DNA of 64,000 nucleotides from NCBI GenBank assembly GCA_964510105.1, contig CAZEAI010000001.1, positions 6,200 to 70,199 on the forward strand. The letters run 5' to 3'. The position numbers and the translations under genes were made by a program. The DNA comes from an uncultured bacterium. GTDB taxonomy: Bacteria; Latescibacterota; MWCZ01. Below the pieces are notes generated by a model. That model was given only the letters and a program-made list of their open reading frames with translations. It ran no database searches and was not told the origin of the DNA. Of this stretch, positions 18,357 to 27,862 are shown piece after piece. Each line of letters starts with the position of its first letter. The stretch's first letter is position 1.

Positions 18357-19631
18357 GTGTCGATGTTCTATAACCGGAAGGCTGGGCTTCGAATCTGCAG
18401 CCTGCTGATCGGTACCTTCGCCGCGACCGCGCTCATGGGCTGCCCACCGCCCGATACCGCATCCTCACCCAATAGTGTGACGGAAGCTGTCAGCCAGCGC
18501 GTCCTCGACTCTCTCCGTGTTGTCTCCGAGCGAAGATGTCGGTCCCATTACAGCTTCGCCTACAACTACGCCCGCAGCGATCTTCGCGACGATGCCATGA
18601 CGCAGTTCCAGAAAGCGCTGGGCCATTGCCGTGACACGCTCAAGGCGGAAGTCGAACGCATCTACGCTCAGTACCTCGACCAGTGGGAAATGACGGACAG
18701 CGCGTTCGCACACTATTACGAGTCCGGACAACTCGACACGACGAACTCTCGCGTTCATTTCTGGCTCTACAGCTACTACCACGACAACGGGCAGTACGAC
18801 GACGCGATTAGTGAGCTGCTCATCGCCGCTCGACATCAGGAAGATGCGGAAGTCAGCCTCCAGTGGACGAAGGCCGCCGCGGACATGATGGCCGCCGAGG
18901 GTCTTTCGGAACGAGCCTGCGAGACCTACAGCTACCTCCAGCAGTTGGCACCGGAGAACGGCGAGATCGCTCAGGCCATGGTCGAATCCGGCTGCGTCGA
19001 CGATCCGGAAGCGCTGCTGTCGACGTTGCGCTCGGCCTGCGCTGCCGACACGCTCGGCGCGATCTGCACGCAGCTTGCGGACGAGGAAGAGAAATTCGGC
19101 AACGATGAGCAGGCTCTGGCTATCTATCAGCGCTTCGCCGATGCCAACCCGAGCGACGTTACGATGTGGGACGCCGTCTTGCGGATATCGCGGCGAATGG
19201 GCCGGAGCGACGTCGTGCTCGCCGCGCTTGGCGTCCTCGTGGAACGCGAGCCGGACAACCCGGAGCGCGCCTCGCAGCTCATCGACGAACTGTTTGCCCT
19301 GCGCCGGTGGCGCGAGGGCGGCGATCTTCTCCGCGACCAGCTCCGAGCGCACCCGGATCACGCCCGCCTGCTCTATCTCGGTGGCATCTACTACACAAGA
19401 CCGGGTACCTCCGAGGCGGACACGACCCGCGCTCTCGGCTATCTCGACAGGGCAGTGCGGACGAACGACCCTGACTGGAAACGCACTGCGATGGATCGGC
19501 ACGACGCACTTGAGCCGCCGCTGTCGGAAGAAGAGATCAACCAGGCGAAGTTCTTCGGGCGCCCAGTCTCGCGGCTCCACCGATGCACTATCCCTGGACG
19601 CGAGAAACAGAACGAAGTGCTTCCAGAGTAG
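18357..19631 (+). CDS. TPR-repeat lipoprotein
   Basis: Lipobox-like 'ALMGC'; repeated TPR-like helices. Confidence 0.75.
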   Translation: MSMFYNRKAGLRICSLLIGTFAATALMGCPPPDTASSPNSVTEAVSQRVLDSLRVVSERRCRSHYSFAYNYARSDLRDDAMTQFQKALGHCRDTLKAEVERIYAQYLDQWEMTDSAFAHYYESGQLDTTNSRVHFWLYSYYHDNGQYDDAISELLIAARHQEDAEVSLQWTKAAADMMAAEGLSERACETYSYLQQLAPENGEIAQAMVESGCVDDPEALLSTLRSACAADTLGAICTQLADEEEKFGNDEQALAIYQRFADANPSDVTMWDAVLRISRRMGRSDVVLAALGVLVEREPDNPERASQLIDELFALRRWREGGDLLRDQLRAHPDHARLLYLGGIYYTRPGTSEADTTRALGYLDRAVRTNDPDWKRTAMDRHDALEPPLSEEEINQAKFFGRPVSRLHRCTIPGREKQNEVLPE

Positions 19632-19794
19632 CACGTAACAAGGCACCTCGCCCGTCAGTCCGAGACGATCAGTCCGGCAGATGGGCGTAGGTATGGAATC
19701 GACTGAGAGCCGCTTTGTGGCGGTCTCATTTGGCAAGGTTCGTGAAAGCCGGCGAACACCGCCGGTGACGCACAGAAGCAGGAGGTAACCGTCT

Positions 19795-20970
19795 ATGCGT
19801 TGTCGTTGGTTTGTAGCACTTGCCGCCGCGGGAGCGTGGCTTGCCGCTGGCGCCGTAGCTCAGACTGCGATGGAAGAGGAAACGGCCGAGCCGTTGGCCG
19901 TTTCGCTTGAGCTGAACCAGAATGGGCAGGAAACGTCCAGCTTCGAGAAGGGCGCCCCGGTCACGATCGTGGCCACCGTCCAGGTCGACATGCCTGATGC
20001 GTCCGGACGCGCAATCGTCGCGGTGGCGCTGAATCTTGCTGAAGACCTCAATATCGAGAACAGCGACGACGTCCTGATCAAGCGCCTCTACATTGACAAC
20101 ACGGGCGAGGGCAACTTCGCGTTGCAGTCTACCAACGCTCCGCGCGGGCGACTGAGTTTCGTCACGCCGGAAGGCGAGACCGGCATCGCGGGAACGCAGA
20201 AGATCAAGTGGGACGTCATCTTCAAGAACAACACCGCGGCAAGTCCGCTGACAGCTACCGCCGCCGTAACGATCGGGGCAAGCAGCGAGATCGTTGCCGA
20301 CGCCAAGGCGACGGACGTGATCAAGGTGCGCACTGCCCTGAGCGTACAGCAGCTCTGGTCCGATGGTGGCATCTTCATGTGGCCGCTGGGGCTCTCCCTC
20401 ATCCTCGGCATCGCGTTCGCCCTTGAGCGTCTATGGACCCTCACCTGGGCGAAGATCGACGCGGACAAGTTCTTCGATCAGATCGCGACAGGCATTCGCC
20501 CAGGTAGCGCCGACAAAGCCGTGGAGGTGTGCGGGATAACCCGCGGACCGGTTGCGGCTGTGATCCGCGAAGGGTTGCTCCGTGTGAATCAGGGCGTCGA
20601 CCACGTCGAGAAGGCCATCACGTCCGCCGGTGCCGTCGAGGGCAGCTTCCTTCAGCGCGGTATGGTCGTTCTGGCATCGGTGACGACGATAGCCCCGATG
20701 ATGGGATTCCTCGGAACGGTGTGGGGCATGGTGCTGGCGTTCAAGTCGATCGCGGAAGCGGGCGACGTCAAGCCGAGCATCGTGGCGAACGGTATCTCGC
20801 AGGCGCTTATCACCACTGCCACGGGTCTCGTAATCGCCATCATCGTGCAGACCTTCCACAACTTCCTGATCTCCCGGATCAACCGCATCATCATCGATAT
20901 GGAGGAGACTTCGACGAAACTCGTGGATCTCCTCATAGAGCAGGGACTCGACGAGCAGAAAGCTGCATAA
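19795..20970 (+). CDS. exbB: MotA/TolQ/ExbB proton channel with N-terminal periplasmic beta-rich domain
   Basis: Signal peptide, ~170-aa extension, then 'GGIFMWPL', 'IAPMMGFLGTVWGM', 'GISQALITTATGL'. Confidence 0.9.
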   Translation: MRCRWFVALAAAGAWLAAGAVAQTAMEEETAEPLAVSLELNQNGQETSSFEKGAPVTIVATVQVDMPDASGRAIVAVALNLAEDLNIENSDDVLIKRLYIDNTGEGNFALQSTNAPRGRLSFVTPEGETGIAGTQKIKWDVIFKNNTAASPLTATAAVTIGASSEIVADAKATDVIKVRTALSVQQLWSDGGIFMWPLGLSLILGIAFALERLWTLTWAKIDADKFFDQIATGIRPGSADKAVEVCGITRGPVAAVIREGLLRVNQGVDHVEKAITSAGAVEGSFLQRGMVVLASVTTIAPMMGFLGTVWGMVLAFKSIAEAGDVKPSIVANGISQALITTATGLVIAIIVQTFHNFLISRINRIIIDMEETSTKLVDLLIEQGLDEQKAA

Positions 20971-20991
20971 TAACGCGAGAGGCCGACGACC

Positions 20992-21444
20992 ATGCTTCTG
21001 AGTAAAGACGCGCCTCAGGCATCGACGGAGATTCCGACGTCCTCGATGGCGGACATCGCGTTCCTGCTGCTGGTCTTCTTCATCGTGACCACCTCGATGA
21101 ATCAGGACAAGGGCATTGGAATGACGTTGCCGCCACCGGGCGATCCTCTGCCGATCCCGAAGGAGAACATCGCGAGCGTGTGGATAAACGCGCAGGGCCA
21201 GATCGCGCTCAAGGCGTTGGACGCTGACTATCTTTCGGTCACCATCCGTGAACTCCGGACGCAGATCGACAACCGCATACGAGCCAATCCGAACCTCGTG
21301 GTCTCCATTCTGGCCGAGGAACAGTCGGACTACAAGACGTTCGTCGACGTGCTGGACGAGCTTCGTCTGGCAGGAAGAGAACACGGTTGGTCGAAGATTT
21401 CCATCGCGCAACCATTTGGATCGCAACGATCCGGCGGACCGTAG
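20992..21444 (+). CDS. exbD: ExbD/TolR family protein
   Basis: 'SSMADIAFLLLVFFIVTT' TM helix with the conserved Asp. Confidence 0.9.
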   Translation: MLLSKDAPQASTEIPTSSMADIAFLLLVFFIVTTSMNQDKGIGMTLPPPGDPLPIPKENIASVWINAQGQIALKALDADYLSVTIRELRTQIDNRIRANPNLVVSILAEEQSDYKTFVDVLDELRLAGREHGWSKISIAQPFGSQRSGGP

Positions 21445-21510
21445 CAGCGCGGTACGCCGGTCAAGCCGCGGCACGTACATCAGGCGTTGCGGTCTGAAGG
21501 AGCCTAGAGA

Positions 21511-21942
21511 ATGGCGCACATATCATTTGACGCGACACAGGAGGTCGAAACGGCCATCCCAACGTCGTCGATGGCGGATATCGCGTTCCTCCTGCTGATA
21601 TTCTTCATTGTCACGACGGTGTTCGTGGAGTTCCGTCCAGAGCACCCGCCGGAGATTCCACTTGCCGAATCGATCGACCCGCTGAAGAACCGTCGAAACA
21701 TCATGAACCTCTGGATATCGCCGCGGGGAATCATCCAGATCGATAGCGCACTGGTGAATCTCGAGGGCGTCGCTCCGACTGTGTTGCGACGAATCCAGAG
21801 CAATCCTCAGACAATCGTCCTGATCAAGAGCGATCAGGATACGCGATACGGCAGAGTCTCCGAGGTGATCGAGGAGTTACGCAGGGCGAACGCCCTGCGA
21901 ATCGCCTTCTCAGCCAAGGGCGAGCTGCCCGGGCAAGAGTAG
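21511..21942 (+). CDS. exbD: ExbD/TolR family protein (second copy)
   Basis: 'SSMADIAFLLLIFFIVTT', 'IKSDQDTRYG'. Confidence 0.9.
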   Translation: MAHISFDATQEVETAIPTSSMADIAFLLLIFFIVTTVFVEFRPEHPPEIPLAESIDPLKNRRNIMNLWISPRGIIQIDSALVNLEGVAPTVLRRIQSNPQTIVLIKSDQDTRYGRVSEVIEELRRANALRIAFSAKGELPGQE

Positions 21943-21969
21943 GACCGGTTCGCCGAAAGGAGTCTACGC

Positions 21970-22614
21970 ATGGCTGGCGCTGCAGAACCGCGGAAAGACA
22001 TCGTCAAGGCGATGTCCCGCCCCGCTCTGCTTGGCTCGTTAGTCGTATCCGCTTTCATAGTGATGGGGTTCTATTGGGCGGACCCCCGGCTTGAGCGGAC
22101 GCGCACGTTCGAGAAGCGTGAAGTGGAGAACATCGAAATCGTAGAGATACCGCCGACAGCCCAGGAGCAGGAACAGGCTGCCCCGGCTCGTCCGCAGGTG
22201 CCCATCGAGGCAGAGGACGAGGCCGAGATCGAAGACCTGACCATCGAGGACACCGAACTCTACGAGCAAGCGTCCGTCGCCGTACCGGATAAACTCGTCG
22301 ACGAGGGTGCGTACGCCGAAGAGCCGGTGATGGAATTCTGGATGGTGGAGGAGACGCCTGTGCTCTCCACCCAGGCTGTGCCTGTATATCCAGAGATCGC
22401 CCGTCAGGCGGGCATGGAAGGCAACGTCTACGTTCAGATGGTCGTCGGAACCGACGGCAAGGTCGAGAGTGTTCGCGTTCTGAGTGGACCGCCGGTATTC
22501 CACGAAGCCGCCAAGGCCGCGGCCATGAAGATGGTGTTCACTCCTGCGAGACAGAATGATCGCCCCGTGAGGGTGTTGGTCAACCAGAAGATCGGCTTCC
22601 GGCTTCGTAGCTGA
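21970..22614 (+). CDS. tonB: Energy transducer TonB
   Basis: N-terminal TM, acidic/Pro linker, TonB_C 'PVYPEIARQAGMEGNVYVQ..FTPARQNDRPV'. Confidence 0.9.
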   Translation: MAGAAEPRKDIVKAMSRPALLGSLVVSAFIVMGFYWADPRLERTRTFEKREVENIEIVEIPPTAQEQEQAAPARPQVPIEAEDEAEIEDLTIEDTELYEQASVAVPDKLVDEGAYAEEPVMEFWMVEETPVLSTQAVPVYPEIARQAGMEGNVYVQMVVGTDGKVESVRVLSGPPVFHEAAKAAAMKMVFTPARQNDRPVRVLVNQKIGFRLRS

Positions 22615-22647
22615 TCCCGCTCGCCGGGAGAAACGGGAATAGCCGGT

Positions 22648-22793
22648 CCGCATGTTATCCGTGTAGACCTGAAGCTCGCCCTTGCGAAGGGCCCTCCAGA
22701 CGAGGAACGGTCTGGGGAACCCTTCGCGAGGGCGTGGCGTAGTAGGTTCAGCACATTCGACGAACCCTACTACGCGCGCACCCGCGTATGCGG
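22648..22793. ncRNA. Candidate structured RNA element (unassigned)
   Basis: 15-bp stem 22677-22691/22720-22734 with an inner 8-bp stem; second stem 22737-22749/22762-22775; closing stem 22648-22654/22787-22793. Confidence 0.35.
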
Positions 22794-22828
22794 CCAGTAT
22801 CGCAGGACAGCCAAACGGAGCTATATCG

Positions 22829-24028
22829 ATGCGATTCACCACTTCGACGTTGATCCCCGTCTGCATCGCGGCAATCCTGACCGGAACCGCCGGGGTCCTC
22901 CCGACATCGGCTCAGGAAACGAACGAACTCGGGCTAACCGCAGAGCAGGCGGAGGCCTTGAACGCAGCGATCGATGAGGGCCGAACGTACTTCCGCCAGA
23001 GGAAATACCGCGATGCCGTGTCGGCCTACCGACGCGCACTCGTTGTGTATGACGGCGACCCGACGACGTTCTACAACCTCGGCCTGAGCTACCAGGGGCT
23101 GGACAACGGCGACAGCGCCGTCGCGATGCTCCGCCGATCCATCGAGATTGCGCCCGGATTCGGGCCGGCTCGACTTGCCGTCGCCAGGGAATACCTTACG
23201 CGAGGCGAGCTGATGGACGCCGAGCACGAGTATGACGCCATCATCGCGGACATACCTGATTCGACCCAGTACGTGCTTGCGGCGCGGCAGGGGCTCCACA
23301 ACGTCGCACTCCAGTTCACGAACAAGGCAGTCCGAGAGATCCGTCAGCGGAACTACGATGTCGCCGAGCAGCATGCGGCACACGCAGCGCACCTCGCACC
23401 CAATGTCTACCGCCCCCAGTACATATCCGCGATGGTCCAGGAGCGAAAGCGCAACACAGGCGCGGCCAAGGCCTTCTTTGAGGCCGCGCTCGACCTGGCC
23501 ATTCAGGATGGCGAGCGAGCCGCCGCCCTGAACGGGATTGGGCGCACGGAAGCCAACCAGGCGAAGGCCGCTCAGCGAAGCGGGAACAACGGACAGGCAA
23601 GGCGATTGCGCCAACAGGCGGTCGATCACCTGAAGCAGGCCACGGAACTGGATCCGAGCCTCTTCCCGGCGTTCGTCACCCTTGGCAATACACTCTACGA
23701 GCTCGGCCGGTACGCCGAGGCGCGCACGAGCCTTGAGCGAGCCGAAGAGCTTGACCGCCGCAACCCCAAAGTGCCGTTCAAGCTCGCGGAAACGTATATG
23801 CAGCTCGGCCAGTGCACGAAGGCGGAGGCCGCGGCATCGCGAGCCATAGCGCGTCAGCCGACCAACGCGAGCGCTCACGCCGTACGCGCCGAAGCCCTGG
23901 AATGCCTTGGACGCAAGCGCGACGCTATAGACGAATATGTGAAAGCCGCTCGTGATCCCCGTTGGCGACAGCGAGCGCAGTTCAAGGCAAACGAGCTGCG
24001 TGAGGACCTCGGCCTGCCGACGGAGTAA
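22829..24028 (+). CDS. Exported TPR-repeat protein
   Basis: ATG after GGAG; signal peptide; many TPR motifs (e.g. 'YNLGLSY', 'TLGNTLYELGRYAEA'). Confidence 0.85.
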   Translation: MRFTTSTLIPVCIAAILTGTAGVLPTSAQETNELGLTAEQAEALNAAIDEGRTYFRQRKYRDAVSAYRRALVVYDGDPTTFYNLGLSYQGLDNGDSAVAMLRRSIEIAPGFGPARLAVAREYLTRGELMDAEHEYDAIIADIPDSTQYVLAARQGLHNVALQFTNKAVREIRQRNYDVAEQHAAHAAHLAPNVYRPQYISAMVQERKRNTGAAKAFFEAALDLAIQDGERAAALNGIGRTEANQAKAAQRSGNNGQARRLRQQAVDHLKQATELDPSLFPAFVTLGNTLYELGRYAEARTSLERAEELDRRNPKVPFKLAETYMQLGQCTKAEAAASRAIARQPTNASAHAVRAEALECLGRKRDAIDEYVKAARDPRWRQRAQFKANELREDLGLPTE

Positions 24029-24053
24029 GCCATAGCAGCAACGGCAGCAACGA

Positions 24054-24094
24054 AACGGCGGACGTAGCAAGGGTTGCGTCCGCCGTTCTTCTTT
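24054..24094 (+). terminator. Rho-independent terminator
   Basis: AACGGCGGACGTAGC-aagg-GTTGCGTCCGCCGTT followed by CTTCTTT. Confidence 0.75.
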
Positions 24095-24180
24095 CGGTTG
24101 ATCCATGTCATATGGAGCCGTCTCCTGAGACAACCGGACCGCTCGCGCTGCGCGGGAAGCGGTCGGAGGGTGCGCGAACG

Positions 24181-25158
24181 ATGTTGAGGCGATTCCTCCT
24201 GTTGGTCTCCCTGGCGGGCACAGCCGCCATGGTGCCGGCGTGCGGCTCCACCGGTCCGGATACGACGCCTCCCCTCACGCCGGAGGGATTCCGTCGCAGC
24301 GGCGGCGGCGATGGCGAGAATACCCTTGCATGGCTCGCCAATCGCGAAGGCGACCTCGCCGGGTACCGGCTCTATCGCACCGAAGGCGACCCGGCGGCAG
24401 CCTACACTCTCATCGCAGCGCTCCATCCCGATACCGTGTCCTACACCGACCGAAGCCTCGACTACACGATTCAGTACTATTACAAGCTGACAGCGTTCGA
24501 TAACGCGGAGAACGAGAGCACGCCAACGCTCCCCGAGCTTGCCATCCCCGCCAACCTGAGTCCTCCGGCTGCACCGGCGAACGTCCACGCAGTGGCGCAG
24601 AACATCGCCGTGCCCGCATCAATCACTACAACGTGGTCACCGAACAGCGAAGGCGATTTCGCGGAGTATCTCCTCTACCGCGACACGCAGGCGCCCGTTT
24701 CGACGTCAGGCAGCCCGTACGCGGTCATCCAGACCGGGACTACCATCTACATCGATGACGCGGTTTCGGTCGAGACGCGATACTTCTACAAGGTCGTGGC
24801 GCGGGATAAGGGTGGCCTGCAGTCGCCGCCGAGCCAGAGCACCGACGTCAGCGATATCGCGCTTCCGCCGCCGACGCTCATCACTCCGACGAATAGCGGA
24901 ACGGCCCTATCGCTCACCCCGACACTGAGCTGGCAGCCGGTGTCGCAGGCCGAGGGGTACCGCATCGTAGTAGGGACCGATCCCACATTCACCGTGCAGG
25001 TGTGGAACGACCACGTGGCCTCCCTGTCGACGTCGGTGACGTACGACGGTGTGGCGCTTTCGAGCGGAACCCAGTATTTCTGGTATCTCGTAACGACTAC
25101 AGTGGATCCGTTGAGGTCCAACTCACGAAGCGCCACGTGGAGTTTCGTCGCACCGTAA
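24181..25158 (+). CDS. Fibronectin type III domain lipoprotein
   Basis: Lipobox 'VPAC'; three FN3-like repeats ('LAW..DLAGYRLYR', 'YYYKLTAFDNAENES', 'YFYKVVARD'). Confidence 0.8.
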   Translation: MLRRFLLLVSLAGTAAMVPACGSTGPDTTPPLTPEGFRRSGGGDGENTLAWLANREGDLAGYRLYRTEGDPAAAYTLIAALHPDTVSYTDRSLDYTIQYYYKLTAFDNAENESTPTLPELAIPANLSPPAAPANVHAVAQNIAVPASITTTWSPNSEGDFAEYLLYRDTQAPVSTSGSPYAVIQTGTTIYIDDAVSVETRYFYKVVARDKGGLQSPPSQSTDVSDIALPPPTLITPTNSGTALSLTPTLSWQPVSQAEGYRIVVGTDPTFTVQVWNDHVASLSTSVTYDGVALSSGTQYFWYLVTTTVDPLRSNSRSATWSFVAP

Positions 25159-25218
25159 CCCAGGGCGATACGCGACGCACACAGACGACTCAGCGCCGAC
25201 CAACGACGGGAGAGCCAC

Positions 25219-26304
25219 ATGACCCACCGCGAACGCTTCCTGAAAGTCCTGCGCCATGAACCCGTCGATCGGACTCCGTGGTGGGCCACCGGTGGATGGT
25301 CACAGACCATGCGTCGCTGGCACGCCGAAGGTTTCCCAGAGAACACCGGCCTGAGCGAGCATTTCGGTGCCGACGAGACCACCGGTGTCGGCGTCTACTA
25401 CGGGCCGTGGCCGCAGTTCCCGCTCGAGACGCTGGAGGAAGGCGAGACGAAGCGTGTCATGCGGAATCACGAGGGCATCGTGATGGAGGTGTACGTGGAC
25501 GATACGGATCAGTCCATGCCACACTTCATCGACTTCCCCGTGAAGAACCGCGACGACTATCGGAGGCTCCTGAAGCCTCGCCTTTCGGGACCGGCGGAGG
25601 ACCGTATGCCGGCCGACTGGGACGAACGTTGCAGGCGGTGGAAGGACAGAACGGACCCGCTCCTGCTGTTTGCCGACCGCTGGGGAGGCTTTTTCGGTCC
25701 GCTGCGGAATATGATGGGGCTGGAGAATCTGTCCTATGCATTCTACGACGACCCGGCGCTCGTCGAGGAGATGATGGACGACATCGCGGACAACATGATC
25801 CGCGTGACGTCGCGTATCCTCGACGACACGGACATCGACTACTTCTCGTTCTGGGAAGACATGGGGATGAAGACAGGGCCGCTCCTCAGCCCGAGCCTCT
25901 TCAGCAAGTACATGGTACCGAGGTACCGCCGGGTCGCGGACTACCTGCGATCGCGCGGCGTGGAGTTCATCTTCGTCGACTCGGACGGCGACGTCCATTC
26001 TCTGATCCCGCACTGGCTCGACGCCGGTCTGAACGGTCTCTGGCCATTCGAGATCGCCGCGAACATGGAGCCGGGTCCGATCAAGGCCGAATACGGTCAC
26101 GATCTGGTGATGTTCGGAGGCATCGACAAGCGGGCCATCATAGAGGGACGCGACGCGATCGATCGGGAACTGGCGAAGGTCCCGGCGCTTGTTGCCGGCG
26201 GCGGCTACATTCCGATGGTGGACCACTCGTGCCCGCCGGACATCTCCTGGGACAATTTCACGTACTACATGGCGAAGCTTCGGGAGGTTATCCAGATAAC
26301 GTGA
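25219..26304 (+). CDS. Uroporphyrinogen decarboxylase-like (UroD/MtaA family) protein
   Basis: 'MTHRERF', 'RNMMGLEN', 'FWEDMG', 'VDSDGD', 'GGIDK', 'GGYIPMVDH'. Confidence 0.85.
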   Translation: MTHRERFLKVLRHEPVDRTPWWATGGWSQTMRRWHAEGFPENTGLSEHFGADETTGVGVYYGPWPQFPLETLEEGETKRVMRNHEGIVMEVYVDDTDQSMPHFIDFPVKNRDDYRRLLKPRLSGPAEDRMPADWDERCRRWKDRTDPLLLFADRWGGFFGPLRNMMGLENLSYAFYDDPALVEEMMDDIADNMIRVTSRILDDTDIDYFSFWEDMGMKTGPLLSPSLFSKYMVPRYRRVADYLRSRGVEFIFVDSDGDVHSLIPHWLDAGLNGLWPFEIAANMEPGPIKAEYGHDLVMFGGIDKRAIIEGRDAIDRELAKVPALVAGGGYIPMVDHSCPPDISWDNFTYYMAKLREVIQIT

Positions 26305-26510
26305 CCAGGGGTCGCGAGGCTGGCGCGGATACGCGGCGAAGGCGAGCTGAGCCCGTCCGTTGAGGGACACCTGCGACCATTCACCTCCACGTCGCGACCG
26401 CCTAGTGGGCGCGCCTACGGCGATTTCGCCACACAAGCCGAGTGTAACAACCGTCATAGATCAAATAGTAGTGACATGATCAACAACCTTTGTCTTTTCG
26501 CGTACGGACC

Positions 26511-26538
26511 TTGCCATCTTCGCTCTCCGTGCTATATT
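26511..26538 (+). promoter_or_regulatory. Sigma70-type promoter with extended -10
   Basis: TTGCCA-16 bp-TATATT, with TG one base upstream of the -10 box. Confidence 0.55.
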
Positions 26539-26544
26539 CCACTC

Positions 26545-26631
26545 CGTGATTGATTGCACAGTCATACCGGCGGACTGTGCAGTCATGGAGAGGCACTGCT
26601 GGAAGGCCCGGCGGAGCCTCTCCACCTTTAT
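26545..26631 (+). ncRNA. Candidate small RNA or structured leader (two stacked hairpins)
   Basis: 13-bp stem 26551-26563/26573-26585 abutting a 9+7-bp stem 26586-26624, then CCTTTAT; sits directly after the promoter. Confidence 0.45.
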
Positions 26632-26801
26632 GTACGGCCCGGGCCTCGGGCATATCTCCCTCCCGTCACCATACTGAATCTTCTCCGACCCATTCGACCG
26701 CTCCGCGCGACACTCGTATCTTCTCCCTGCATCCGCGCGTACCCGATTACGACGCCCGTTCCACCGCATCGGACACGTCCGTACCGCATGGAGTCGATAC
26801 C

Positions 26802-27857
26802 ATGGTCGAACTCACGAAATACCAGGTTCAGCCGCACCTCCGCCGACGCTTCGCGTCCGTTGCCCGCAAGCTGGCTTTCGACGCCACCGACGAGATGTCG
26901 TGGATTCACTGGCGCCACCAGCTCTCCGGGAAACTCCGCGAGCTTACCGGCTACGACACGATGGTGCGCGCACCACTCTCGCCCGTCATCACCGAAGAGC
27001 TGCAGTTCGAGGGATACCGCCGCCAGCGTGTGGAGATCCAGACCGAGCCCGACGTCATCGCGACTCTGTACGTCCTGATCCCGGAGGGGCCGGGTCCATT
27101 CCCGGCGGTGATGACTCCGCACGGGCATTCGAGCGGAGGCAAGTACGCCGTCGTGAATGAACGCGTCGACGATGACGTCGCGAACACAATCGACGAACAC
27201 AACTATGACTATGGCGTGCAGTTTGTCCGCGCCGGGTTCATTGTCTTCGCCCCCGATGCGCGCGGATTCGGAGAACGCCAGGAAGCGTCGGCCAAGCAGG
27301 GAAGCATCCTCGGCTCGTCGTGCCAATCGATCAACAACATGGCCTACCCACTCGGCCAGACGGTCACGGGTATGTGGGCGTGGGACCTGCACCGCCTCAT
27401 CGACTACATCGAGACGCGTGACGACGCCATGAGCGACCGTGTGGGATGTGCGGGCCTCTCCGGCGGTGGCCTGCAGACCCTCTGGGCGTCGGCCCTCGAC
27501 GAACGTATCCGGTGCGCGGTCGTGAGCGGCTACCTCTACGGCTACAAGGAATCGCTCCTCGACCAGCACGGGAACTGCTCCTGCAACTACGTGCCGCATC
27601 TGTACGAACACGTCGACATGGGCGATATCGCGGCGCTCATCGCACCGCGTCCGCTCCTCGTAGAGACCGGCGACAAGGACCCGCTCAACGGAGAGAGCGG
27701 ACTCGACAACGTCTACCCGCAGGTGGAGACCGCACGCGCTGCGTACAGGCTGTTGGGCGTCGAGGATGACATCGCCCACGATGTGTTCGACGGACCGCAC
27801 AAGTGGAACGGCGTCGAAGCGATACCGTGGATGCGGCGCCACCTGGGAAGCGCGTAG
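26802..27857 (+). CDS. Alpha/beta hydrolase (acetylxylan esterase/dienelactone hydrolase-like)
   Basis: 'PHGH', 'PDARGFGER', nucleophile 'GLSGGG', 'ALIAPRPLL', 'GPH'. Confidence 0.85.
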   Translation: MVELTKYQVQPHLRRRFASVARKLAFDATDEMSWIHWRHQLSGKLRELTGYDTMVRAPLSPVITEELQFEGYRRQRVEIQTEPDVIATLYVLIPEGPGPFPAVMTPHGHSSGGKYAVVNERVDDDVANTIDEHNYDYGVQFVRAGFIVFAPDARGFGERQEASAKQGSILGSSCQSINNMAYPLGQTVTGMWAWDLHRLIDYIETRDDAMSDRVGCAGLSGGGLQTLWASALDERIRCAVVSGYLYGYKESLLDQHGNCSCNYVPHLYEHVDMGDIAALIAPRPLLVETGDKDPLNGESGLDNVYPQVETARAAYRLLGVEDDIAHDVFDGPHKWNGVEAIPWMRRHLGSA

Positions 27858-27862
27858 AGACC

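Noticed and set aside
19640-19770. Several short hairpins and a TCAGTCCG direct repeat between the TPR gene and exbB
   Set aside because: Short GC-rich stems compatible with chance or ordinary mRNA-stabilising structure.
21030-21620. Near-identical DNA segments encoding 'SSMADIAFLLL'
   Set aside because: Explained by the conserved TM helix of two paralogous exbD genes.
24035-24052. GCAGCAACG tandem duplication before the terminator
   Set aside because: Only two copies of 9 bp with no spacer structure; not a CRISPR or meaningful repeat array.
26320-26457. Minus-strand frame containing 'QLAFAA', like an ssrA tag
   Set aside because: Not followed by a stop codon; the ORF runs on antisense to the UroD-like gene and no tmRNA structure is evident.
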